Origin: the human T2T-CHM13v2.0 reference genome, Homo sapiens
NCBI RefSeq assembly: GCF_009914755.1
Contig: NC_060934.1
DNA length: 64,000 nucleotides
Direction: 5' to 3' (one strand)
Of the stretch, positions 44,861 to 58,680 are shown in pieces. Under the pieces are notes generated by a model. That model ran no database searches. It saw only the letters and a list, made by a program, of their open reading frames with translations, and was not told the origin of the DNA. How positions within the stretch are numbered: the stretch's first letter is position 1; each line of letters begins with the position of its first letter. A program made the translations under genes and the position numbers.

Positions 44861-45989
44861 TCCAGCACCAAAATCATATAATTCACAATGTGTAGTAAAC
44901 AATTAACAGGTATGCCAAGGAATAGAAAAGTATAACCCACAGCCAAATCAATCAATCAATAGAAATGTACTTAGAAATGACAGATGATAAAATTCAGAAA
45001 AAAGAACTTTTAACTATTATAAGTTTTTAAAAGGTGCTCAAGGAAATAAAGAAAAACATGATACAATAAAAAGAGATATAAATCATGTAAAAATAAGACC
45101 TACTGAAATTTCTAGAGACAATGTATGAACTAAAATAAATTAACAGCAGATAAGGCAGAAGGAAAAAAAATCAGTGTCTGTCAACATACAGCAAGAGTAT
45201 ATCCAAAATGAAGCGCACAGTAGCGAAAAAAAGAGACTGAACAGACTCAGCAAACTGGGACAACATCAAGTGAACTAAAATTCCTGTAACTGGAATGCCA
45301 AAACAAATATGAAGAAATAATAGCTGAAATGTTACCTAACTAGATGAAAACTATAAACCAACAGACCAAAGAAGGTCAATAAAATACAAGTGTAATATAT
45401 GAGCTTATAGAAAAATCACATTCATGTATGTCATATTCAAATTACTGAAAAGAAAAAATGCCAGAGAAAACAGACACATTAAATATAGAAAAACAAAGAT
45501 AAGAATGATGGATTTCTCATCAGAAATCATGCATGCTAGAAGATAATGGTGAGACATTTTAAAGTATTGAAAGAACATAGAATTCTTATAGAATGTCAAT
45601 ATAGAATTCTATACCCTGAAAATATATATTTCAAAAAATAAGACTTCTGTAGACCAATAAAAACTAAGATTATATCCAGCCTGCACTAAACAACAACAAC
45701 AAAAGTTAAAGGAAGTTTTTCAGGCACAAGGAAAAGGATAAAATATGAAAATGTAGACCTATCCAAAGGAATGAAGAGTGGCAAAACTGGAAAATACATG
45801 AGCACATAAAACATACTCTTTCACATGTTCTAATTTCTTTAAAAGATAACTCAATTATAAGGAAAAATAATAATCTATTGTAGGGTATACAACACTCACA
45901 ATAAAATTGGTATCAATAATAGCATGAAAGGCAAATGGGAGGAAATGGAAGTATCTTATGTTCCTACAACTATATGTGAAATGGTAAAG

Positions 45990-46335
45990 CAGTTCCCGCT
46001 TACCCACAGGGAATGCCTAGTTCCAAGACCCCCAGTGGATGCCGAAAACTTAGGATAGTACTTCCTGCACTGAAGTCTTAAATCCCTCAAAGTCATCCAT
46101 GAGGGTTAAAATCAGTTTTTCCCAAACTCCCATTAATGTTGACATTTTGACCTCCTCCCATAAACCACAAATGTTCTTAATGGCGTCTAGAATGGGGAGT
46201 TATTTCCAAAAGGTTTTCAATTTACTTTGCCCACAGCCATCAGAAGAATCACTATCTATGGCAGCTACAGCCTTACAAAATGTTTCTTAAATAATGAGAC
46301 AGGAAACTCAAAATTACTCATTGATTTCTAGGCTA
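45990..46335. mobile_element. Tigger-family fragments (MER44-like end joined to Tigger1-like internal sequence)
   Basis: ttccaagacccccagtggatgcc followed by gaagtcttaaatccctcaaagtcatccatgagggtt. Confidence 0.6.
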
Positions 46336-46339
46336 TGGA

Positions 46340-47610
<1,271 letters not shown>

Positions 47611-47874
47611 CTAAAATAAAAGTTGGAAAGAACTAGTCTACAAAAAAGTTTGGGTAGCTTTCCATGTTTTTGCATATTCTAGCATAACTGATTTATCATT
47701 AAAATTAGCTTTTTCATAAAAGTTTGCAACTGTTAAAGGATAGTTTCCAGAAAAAGAAAATCACAGCTCTCATACAGACATATAAATGCACATGTTACTT
47801 TATTATATTCATTAATCAGTGAGGGAATCAGGCAGATGTTATTTTTAAATTTTTTTTTAAAAAACCCATAATAC

Positions 47875-48273
47875 TGTGTGTTAGTCTGTTAGCATCACTA
47901 CGTAGGAATGTCTAAGGCTGGGTAATTTATAAAGAAAAGAGGTTTGTTCTGGCTCGTGGTTCTGCAGGCTGTACAGGAAGCATGGTGCTGGTATCTGCTT
48001 CTAGTATCTAACCTCAGGAGGCTTATAGTCATGGCAAAAAGTGAATGAGGAGCCAGCAAATCACATGGTGAGAGACAAAGCAAGAGAGAAGGGGAGGTTC
48101 CAGACTCCTTTGAACAATCAGATCTCACATGAACTGAGAGAGCACTCACTCATCACCAGGGGGATAACACCAAGCCATTCACGAAGGATCTGCCCCTATG
48201 ATCCAACATCTCCCACCAGGTTGGGGATTACCTTTCAACATGATTAGAAGAGATAAACATCCAAACTATACCA
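47875..48273 (-). mobile_element. MST solo LTR
   Basis: ggctgggtaatttataaagaaaagaggttt...catccaaactatacca. Confidence 0.88.
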
Positions 48274-48275
48274 TA

Positions 48276-49600
48276 CAGGAAGTCCTTGCCAGAGCAATTA
48301 GGCAAGAGAAACAAACAAAAGGCATCCAAATTGAAAAGAAGGAACAATTAGGCAACAGAAACAAATAAAAGGTAGCCAAATTGAAAAGGAGGAAGTCAAA
48401 TTTGTCCCTGTTTAGAGATGACATGCTCTTACAAATGCAAAAACCTGAAGAATCCACCAAAAAACTCTTAGAACTGATAAACAAATTAAGTAAAGTTGCA
48501 GGATACAAAATCAACATGCAAAAATCAGTAGCATTTCTATAAAACAATAACAAACTACCTGAAAAAGAAATCAAGTAAGCAATCTCATTTACAATAACTA
48601 CAAAAAATAATACCTAGGAATAAATTTAACCAGAGATTAAAGATCTCTAGAATAAGAACTATAAAAAATTGATGAAATAAATTGAGGAAGACACAAACCA
48701 ATGGAAAGACATCTCATGTTCATGGAATAAAAGAATAAATATTTTTAAAATGACAATATAACCAAAGAATCTGAGAGCTCAATGCAATTCCTATCAAAAT
48801 ACCAATGACATTCTTCAGAGAAATTTTAAAATCATAAAATTCATATGGAAGTACAAAAAATACTCCAAATAGCCAAAGCAATTCTGAGCCAAGAAAAACA
48901 AAAACAAAATAAAAACAAACAAACAACAACAACAAAAAAACAAGAACAAAGCTTGGGGTATTACACTACCTGACTTCAAAATACACTACAAATCTATAGT
49001 AACCACAAAATCATGATACTGGTATAAAAACAGACACATATACCAGTGGAATAGAATAGAGAACCCAGAAATAATTCCATATGTTTATAGCCAACTCTTT
49101 TATGACAAGGCACAAAGAACATATATTGGGGACAAGAAAGTCTCTTCTATAAATGGTCCTGGAAAAAACTGGATATTCCTATGCAGAATAAACTTAGACT
49201 CCTATCCCTCATCTTACACATAATCTGACTTACAGGTGGAATCCAGGCTCACAAAAGCAGATAGCAGAATGGTGGTTTCCAGGGGATAGAGGAAGGAGGA
49301 AATGGGGAGTTGTTGGTCAGATGGTATCAAGTAACAGTTACACAAGATGAATACGTTCTGAAGATCTGATGTATAGCAAAATACATACAATACTGTATTA
49401 TAATGATATTTGCTAAGAGGGTAGATCTTATGTTTGTAATACACACATACACACAAAGAAAGAAAATGGTAACTGTGAGGTGGTGGATATGTTAGCTTAA
49501 TTGTGGTAATCATTTCACAGTATATAGACAAATCAAAACATCAAGTTGCACACCTTATGTATACACAATTTTTGTCAATTATACCCGATAAGGATTGGAA
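48276..49600 (+). mobile_element. L1MA-like ORF2 fragment and 3' end
   Basis: gaagtccttgccagagcaattaggcaagag; aagttgcaggatacaaaatcaac; 3' UTR gggtagatctta. Confidence 0.85.
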
Positions 49601-50057
49601 AAACACTTCTAGGGAGAGAGCAATAATAATGACAAGGAGGGCGGATAGAAGAGGGAATAGAAGCTGGGCTGAAGGTGGAAGGAATGAGAAAAGGCATAAA
49701 AGACATACTGAAAAATGATGGCAAGCTACTAATGTTTTAAGCAAGACAATGGCAATATGGGTCGGCTGGGAGACAGCTGACATTTAACTAAAACACTGCA
49801 TTAGTAGATGTATCAAAAACCTTAGAAATGTATATGCCCTGAGTTCACAGCTAACAAAATTATGGAAACAAACAGCTTTGTGGCAGATTACAGGTTGTTT
49901 TTATTGTCTTGTTGTTTTCTTTGTGTTTTGGTGCTTTTTTGTACTTCCCAAATTCTTCACAATAAACCTATATTACATTTATAATCAGGAAAAAAAAATG
50001 CCATTTGAAAAGGGTAAAGTAAAACACTAGAGTTTAATTGTTGTTACTCTAAGCGTG

Positions 50058-50180
50058 ATGGCTTATTAGAAATGCAGAGTCTTGCCCCCCACCGCACCCC
50101 ACCAAGACCCAGAGGATCAGAATATGCAGGATAATAATCCACAGGTGGTCCCTATGCAAATCTACAGTCTGAGAGGCACT
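50058..50180. mobile_element. MER5A-like hAT MITE fragment about 50 nt past the CE1 donor
   Basis: gcttattagaaatgcagagtctt...gatcagaatatgca...caggtggtccctatgca...tctgagaggcact. Confidence 0.55.
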
Positions 50181-50230
50181 CCTGTAGCTCCTCCTGATCC
50201 CATACCCACAAAAGTAGATGATGCACCTAC

Positions 50231-50264
50231 CAGACTCTGCTCTAAAGTCCCTAGGTGAAGACAT
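50231..50264 (-). CDS. PTPN20: PTPN20-type tyrosine phosphatase, first coding exon (CE1), coding part MSSPRDFRAES+G
   Basis: ATG at 50264-50262 in aacaacATGt context; donor CTG|gtaggt at 50230; peptide matches the recalled PTPN20 N-terminus; in-frame TGA upstream in the same exon; phase 1 fits CE2. Confidence 0.92.
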
Positions 50265-50387
50265 GTTGTTCCCATCCCCTAAATGAGACTGGTAAAAGGC
50301 TTCTTCAGAAAAGGAGCCTTAGTGTCCTGTGAGTCAGGCCAAAGGTCTAGTTAGTATCCTGGGGGCCAGCAAACAATTTTTGTTCAC
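50265..50387 (-). other. PTPN20: 5' UTR part of CE1 (whole exon 50231-50387, 157 nt)
   Basis: Acceptor tttggctttgtgtgttttaccag|GTGAAC 123 nt upstream of the ATG. A second possible acceptor (ccagtctcatttag|GGGATG) lies at 50278. Confidence 0.7.
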
Positions 50388-50668
50388 CTGGTAAAACACA
50401 CAAAGCCAAAGATTTTTCTATTACACAACTGGAGCTATCACAGCTTTGACATATTATTACTTATCAATTCAAAATATTTAAAACTGCAATTTTAATTAAA
50501 GACAAAATAAATTTCATTTGAAATTTTATCAAATAATTTCAGGATATTCCATGAGAACTGGAGATACGCTTATTTATTCAAATACCAGAGCTTAAATATG
50601 CTATACCTTGCATTCCACAAATAAATATGTGAATGGCCCCTCCACTCCAATGATGTATCTCTTTATAT

Positions 50669-50670
<2 letters not shown>

Positions 50671-50708
<38 letters not shown>
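50671..50708. repeat. (AC)19 microsatellite
   Basis: Read directly. Confidence 0.95.
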
Positions 50709-50711
<3 letters not shown>

Positions 50712-51085
50712 TTCAATCAATGTCACTCAATGGAAACTCAGTTATTTAAATGCCACACCTAAGCTAAATTAGGTGCTGAGAATTCAGTACTGAATAAATA
50801 AGAATTAATTACAGAGACCGTCTTCAAGGAGTTCTTGTTCATTCAATCTATAAAAAGTTCTCACACAGAATAAATCTTTTTTCTTTTCTAATTCTTGCCA
50901 TAAAGGGCCTGTAAGGCCATGTTACATTGCTCCCATTGGTTAAAACCAAGAATACTTTTATCTGGAGACCTTTCCATTAACTACCTGCAAATAAAATGGT
51001 ATTACTATAATCTGAATCTAAAGTTAATGTGTGAAACAGATTTATTTTAAAAACTTTGAGATATAGGTGTTAAAAAATTATTTAA

Positions 51086-51384
<299 letters not shown>

Positions 51385-51871
51385 TGTGAAAGTAAGGCAA
51401 AAGATAAGTGGAATGTCACTTCAATGTCATAAAATAATGACAGGCCATCCCAAAGATTACTTATGTGGGGAAATTGTACTTTATTCAGTTCATTGTTTAC
51501 TACTGATTAAAAGTCCTAGACTTAATGCAATTACAACGTAACCTATAGATTTTTGTCCAGCAGTGATACAAATAATTTCTGTCTGATAAGGTAACACTAA
51601 AGATTATAATTTATTTCTGTCTGGCATTAACCAGGTTTTCTTAATCTAATCTAGCATTCTTACTCTAACATTGGTTCAAAACGCCAGTGAAAAACCTAGA
51701 TCCTCAAACTGTTCTTTGAACTACCTTTGCCATCTTCCTGGTTTCTTCACTAATTAATACATTGAGTAAAATGTTTAACCTGGTTTCATTTCAAATTTGT
51801 GAGTCACATTTATAATTTTTAAAAAACTCTGCTTTGACAAGGGGAAGAATATCTTTTTTAAATAGGAGGAG

Positions 51872-52182
<311 letters not shown>

Positions 52183-54922
52183 GGATGGCAGTGTTCTTGT
52201 GACTGGCAGTGAGGTAACAGATTTCAGTAAGGAGCCTTCCCTGGAAGCAGACATGAGATCTTAAGGACCTCAGAATTAACTAAGAACCTCTAAGAATGAC
52301 ACCTAAGCTTCTGCCTACCAACTATGTTATTGAAAAGATACAAAATAGTACAATTTTAATTAAAGACAAAATAAATTTCGTTTCGAATTTTATCAAGTAA
52401 TTTCAAGACACTCCTTGATAACTGGAGACACTCTTACTAATTCAAATACTAGGGTTTAAACATGCTATACCTTGCATTCCACAAATAAATATGTGAATGG
52501 TCCTTTACCCCAATGACTTATCCTCTTTATATAAATACACACACATATTATTAAGACCTCTCCAGTGCACAGATGAATAGACTAAAATTCATATCAAACC
52601 ATACCAATAGTCAGTTGTTCAAACCTTCCATCAGAACAGCTTTGATCAGAAATGCATGCCTAATCCTAGTATTTTAATAAACAACAGTGCAGTGAGTCAC
52701 AGATAACCCTACAGAAGCACAAGAATTAAACTGGATAAATTTCCCTTTCCTGGCATGTTTTCTAGTATATCTTAAAATAGACAAAACAAAGCAATATTAA
52801 AATCATTAACATTTAATTCAATTTTGAGTTGCAGCTACTGTAGTAAACCAGTAATAAGATCATACAAGTCAACATCAACACATGTGTACTGAAATTTTAG
52901 GTAGCCTAGAAAAGTAAACTATATGATAAAAACAAAATCTTCATTTGCAGAAGAAAACCTTTCAGAAAATATAGTGCAAGCTTTTACCATATTTCCCACC
53001 TCCCCTCAAGCTTGGCTAAGTAAGCCCCTGCAAGTGCTTCCCCTATAAGCTCCATGTTTTATAATGATTTCTGGACTCATCTCCTCGGGTTGGACCATAA
53101 GCATCTTGAGGACAGAAACTGTAACATTTTCACTTTTCAATCTCCAGCCACTAGACTAACACAATGGAGACATGGCAAGAAATGTTTGAGGGACTAATTA
53201 GTTAATTCCATAAAGAATGTGTATGTATCACCAGGTAACTAATCTGCATGTCCACATCAAGAACTCTGAGAAGTCACAGAGGTACCACTTGAGTGATAGG
53301 CACTCAGTCCCTCAGGGAAAGATTGTGAAAGATATTGAGGGACCAGTGGTCAGGTTCGTAAGATAAAGGTTTCCCTCCAACTCCTGGGGAAGGTGCAATA
53401 GTATAGAAAATAGAGAATTAGCCCTGATAAAAGAGAAATCCTTAAAAAAGTATTACTTATTCTGTGATAGAGCACTGAGGAAAGAGGAACAAAAGCTCCA
53501 ATATGAAACAAAGTGATCCCATCTAATCATAAATAAAAGAAAAACTACAAGTGTTTGGTTTGCTCAGGAAACAAAAGCAAAACACCTTTCCTCAGGTGGC
53601 AGGGTGACATAATTGGAGAGTCACTGAATACTGTACATATTCTCAAATTCTCAGCTGGGACACTATTTTCAGTCTATCTCAAACTCTCTCAAAACTGAAG
53701 CAGGTGCTAACAAAGACTATTTCTTCACAGTGGACTTTGGGTTGGGTGCAAGATGCCAAAATAGACAATGTAAAATGACATGCTCAGCACCTTGGGCCTC
53801 TGGCAATTCTTAGCACCAGGGCTACTTCTAATTCTTGTGAAAGTTCTATCATACACTACTCCCTGAGACCTATACTAGCCTGAAGAGAAGGGAATGAAAG
53901 AAGTCTCAAATGTTCAATAGTGACTTACTCTTGCCCTACCTGTAGGCACCCCAGGGATATGAGTTCCTTCCTCTGAAATCTGTATTTCCTGTGACTAAAT
54001 TCTCAGTACAAGCTTCTTAGACTACTAGTAATTATTTGGCATGTTTTATGCCTTTTAATAATGGCTCTTAGTTTTCTATAAGGAATGGTGGTATTGCTTT
54101 TTCTGATTATAAACATAACCATTAAGAAATGTCATTCCGTGGTTTCTTAATCAATCATTCCCTGTAGTGTGTGAGTATAGGGCTGGGGGCTCAGAGGGAA
54201 GCAGGGAGAAGTGAAGTGCTAAAGTGCTACCTCCAGAGCCACTGACAGTTCTGCCCAGTGCAATCAGGCAAAACAAGAAAAATAAAATAAAAGGATTCAT
54301 ATTGGGAAGGAAGAAGGAAAACCATCTTTACTTGCAAGGTTAAAAGCTTTATACATAATTACACCTCAATAAAGTTGACTTTTAAAAAGCCACAAAAAGA
54401 TAATGTACTTCAATTAAAATAAAATACAGAAACTCTAGGATAAAGATAATATCAAGTTATTAATGCAAGTTTAAACATTAAAAAATAGTTGCTACCCACC
54501 CATCATAGACATGAGCAGCAAGCTCATTAAGGATTACTGTGAGCATTCATTGGAATAATGGAAGACTCAAGGTTCCAAAGGCACTGAGACCCTATATCAA
54601 CAATGCTTCACCCTTGAAACCCAGGGACTGATGATGATACAGTTGCCATGAGCTACATTCTGAGTAAATACTTTATCAATTATTAGAATGGTTCAAGTAA
54701 AAGTAATGAATGACTTAAGACATCTTTCTGAAATGACTCTGTTATCTGGATGCCTCTGCTATTAGGGTGCAAGGCAAACAACCTTCTACTGTTTGTTTCA
54801 TTCATGATATAAATTGCTTTGGCATATTCCCTCCAACCTCCTGAACCTCAGGTCCATCTGTTTGTCCATTTGTCTGTTTACACTTCTTTTCTTCCCTCCT
54901 TCCTACGTTCCTCTCCCTCTCT

Positions 54923-56149
54923 TGTGGAAGTGTATCAGTAATTATAAGAGGGTGCTTTATTTCAGAAGACACAATTCCTGTACCTCCAATCACTGTTACC
55001 AAGCAAAAGAGTTCACTGTTCAATGTGTTAGAAGCCAATACTATGGCACTGGGTTTTTGAGAAAAGAAAGACTTTTTTCTAGGTCAACCAACAAGGAGAC
55101 AGGAGTCTAGCTCAAATCTGTCTTCCTGTACTGTTTTTAAGGCAGTATTTTTATTAGAAAATGTGTAGGGAGTGAATTTGGGGATAGTAGGAGATTGGTA
55201 GAAGGAAAGGGGGGTCTGAAAAGGCTTTGGGCATTTGCAGTATCTCTTCATGCTATCTCATGGGTCACATATGTAAATTCAGGGGGAGTTAGTATGAAAC
55301 ATGCAGTGGAAATTTGGGCTGTGGCGTCAGCAAGCTCATTCTGTGTAGACTCTAGTTTGCTGTATTGGTTCCAACTGATTTCAGCCAGTTTTGTTATCTT
55401 AAAAGCAGAGAGAATTTCAGTGTTTCAGAAAGTTGTTTTTGTTTTTTATTTTTATCAACCAATCCTATAAATTCAAGAATTTCTCTTTGCCACTGGTTAA
55501 CTCTTTGGGGCACAGTTTCATTAGTAGACCTTGGCCTCCATACTCCAAAGAACTACTTATCTACTGGGTGCAGCTGAACCATTTCCATAACTGAGATCAT
55601 GTAAGTCAGGAATGTATACACATTACACATGTGTGCAGACAAAAGTTCATGACTTCACCTACCAGGTCCAAGACGAGTCTCCTTAGGAATGCCTGCATAC
55701 AAGCCTGGCCCTTGGCTGGTGTCTGGGAACTTGGCTGGTAAAATCATTGCCTACACTAATATAAATTTTTTCTAAATGAGAAAAGTAGCTCACTTCTCCT
55801 AAAACATCTGTTTTCCTTCTAGGTATCTGGAATTTCAGTGACTGCTATCAGTCACACTGACAGTCTGTGCTCATGACTAACCCCTGATAAAAACCCTAAA
55901 CTCTTAAGCTCAGACAAGCTTCCCTGATAGACAACACTTCACACAAGTTTCCATACCTTGTTATTCAGAAAATTAAGTGCATCCTATGTGACTCCACAAG
56001 GAGAATATTCTGGGGAGTTTGTATCTGATTTCCCTTGTTGATTTTGCTTTCTACCTTTTCAGTCTACCATATCTTAGCCATGAATGTGACTACCTGCTGA
56101 ACCCCATGAATCCTTCTATCCAATCGTTGAACCTGGGAGAGCTCTGACA
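54923..56149 (+). mobile_element. MER21/MER77-like LTR interrupted by a second LTR (54994-55520, ERV1-like, opposite strand)
   Basis: Outer: ggcccttggctggtgtctgggaacttgg, ataaaaaccct, tatgtgactccac. Inner: bounded by tgttacc...gtttca. Confidence 0.6.
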
Positions 56150-57250
56150 AAGGCTAGCATGGGAAAATACGTTGTCTTCCTCATTAACAGACCCTTCTTA
56201 GTTATATCTCACTTTCTAAGTTCCTGCCTTCCACTTCCTAGGAGAGAAAAAACTACACAGCATTACCTGAACATCATCCCAGGGTAATCACAGAACAGCC
56301 ATCTCCGCAAAAGAAGGAAAAATGAACTGTGTAATGTTGCAATATTTTTAACTGCAAATAATTTTGCATACAAGGCTTACCTACAATTGACCATTTTTGC
56401 ACTAAATGCTTTTTTAAAGTAACAAGCTAATATCTTCTTAATATAAAAATATACATGTCCAACAAAATTTAACTTGTTCTGCTATCATGAAAAGAGGAAT
56501 TCCAGACAAATGTCTCATAATGTGCAGTCAATGGGCTTATATAAATAAGGACTAAAATTACAGGCTCAATAAAAGATCATCAAACCAGGGAAAACTCCAA
56601 GTAAAATTATAATACACAGTTGTCCCTCCCACCTGAGACTCACCTGAGACTCATACTTTCCTTCCAACATGCCTGTTCTGTCTATTCCCTCAAGACTCAG
56701 ACTTCAAATGAGTTCCCTTTAAGTAGATAAGAACAGTTTCGCAACGGATTCCAGAAAAACCAATATGCCACCTAAAGGACAAGGAAGGCATCTACACTAA
56801 GAAAATGAAAAGAAGTCAGAGAGAGAACTTCCTGACTTACTCAGATTATATATCCATGGGTCCACATATGCCTAAAGGCCAACCTTGTCCTTAATCTTTA
56901 GTCACTCAATCTATAAAATAAAAGATTTAGAAAAGGGCTATGGGCAATATGGATCTTTTGCAGGTACAAAATTTTTTAAGTCCATAAACTTTCTACTTAA
57001 AACACTGAAGACCATTAGTGATGGTTATAATATTCTTGTCTGAACTGAGAGCTATAGTCAGGCTCCTTTTAGAAGCCCTGCCATGAACAGAGAAAAAAGA
57101 AAAGGCATGTTCCTACTCCTCTATCCTCTGTAGACATCTTCTCCGTGATAAGTTAATAATGAGAAGAGAAAACCAACCTTCTAGCTTTCTCATCATTTAA
57201 TGGTTTGAACCCTGAGTTTCTGCAGCCTGGAAAAAAAAAAAAAAGAGGAA

Positions 57251-57271
57251 GCAGCAGCAGCAGCAGCAGCA
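57251..57271. repeat. (GCA)7 / (TGC)7 trinucleotide repeat next to an A14 run
   Basis: Read directly. Confidence 0.95.
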
Positions 57272-57666
57272 AGTTCTCCTCATCTGAAATTCTACCCTCT
57301 CCTAGCTCACCTTCCCCACCTTCTCACTCCTTTGTGGTCCTCACAGTCAGATATGAGGTAATAGGTGGAAAATACTTCCCTGTGATAAGGCAGTGATGCC
57401 TGAGCCACCCACTTCTGGTAAGAAAGCTGTTCCTAAAGAATAGCAAATGGTACTCATGTTTTGGGGGACTCTATGCTACTTAGAAGCGAGTGGCTAAAGT
57501 TGCACGGTGACTAATTCAAGAACAAACAGAAGAAAAGGACAAACAGAAAAATAAACAGAAAGAGGCATGCCCTTAGCCTCAATCAGGTAGTTCTAAGAAA
57601 GTGATTAGGATGGTTTGGAGACCACCAGCCCCATACCTTATCCAGTCACCAAACAACCCAGGCTGG

Positions 57667-57691
57667 GGTGTGGTTGCCTGGCAACCACACC
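57667..57691. promoter_or_regulatory. Candidate RFX X-box inside a perfect 25-bp palindrome
   Basis: ggtgtgGTTGCC-t-GGCAACcacacc fits GTNRCC(N0-3)RGYAAC; the 12-bp arms are exact reverse complements. Confidence 0.6.
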
Positions 57692-58380
57692 TTCCATGTA
57701 CCGAGTATGTCACAAATATGTCTTTCAGGTGTGTGATCTCTTGACTGTGAAAAGTAAAACGCTAAATCAATTCAGCAGGCTTTGAGTGTCTACAATGTGC
57801 TAGTCACTGTATCAGAGATGTGGATCCAGGGATGATGCAATAACTTCTGCCTCCAAGGAGCTCATAGTTTAGTGGACATCTGGCAAAGTACTCACTGATT
57901 CTTGACAATTCATATAATCATATCAATAGATGCAAAAAAGCATTTGACAAAATCCAAATTCCATCCTTGATTTAAAAAAAAAAATTCTTAGAAAACTAGG
58001 ACTAGAGGCAAACTTTCTCAACTTGATAAAAAATATCTACAAAAAAAATCTACAGGGAGAATCTAGAGGCTTTCCCCTAAGATAGGTAACAAGGCAAGGA
58101 TGTTCTCTTTTACCACTCCTATTCAACATCTTATACAACTTCTGACTAATTCAGTAACAAAAGGCATACAGTTGAAAAGGAAAAAATAAAACTGCCTTGC
58201 TTCTCAGATGACATAAATGTCTATATAAAATATCTCAAAGAATAAACAAAAACAATTAGCCACTTAATCTATAAAATAAAAGATTTAGAAAAGGGCTATG
58301 GGCAATATGGATCTTTTGCAGGTACAAAATTTTTTAAGTCCATAAACTTTCTCCTTCAAACACCGAAGACCTGGAACTTA

Positions 58381-58680
<300 letters not shown>

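Larger units (their letters stand above)
42900..45990 (+). mobile_element. Old L1M fragments (ORF2 pieces, then 5' region/ORF1)
   Basis: ORF1-like gatttctcatcagaaatcatgcatgctagaagataatgg; A-rich plus strand. Confidence 0.65.
56898..58371. repeat. 116-bp near-identical direct copies (56898-57013 and 58256-58371)
   Basis: 5 mismatches and no indels by manual alignment. Confidence 0.95.
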
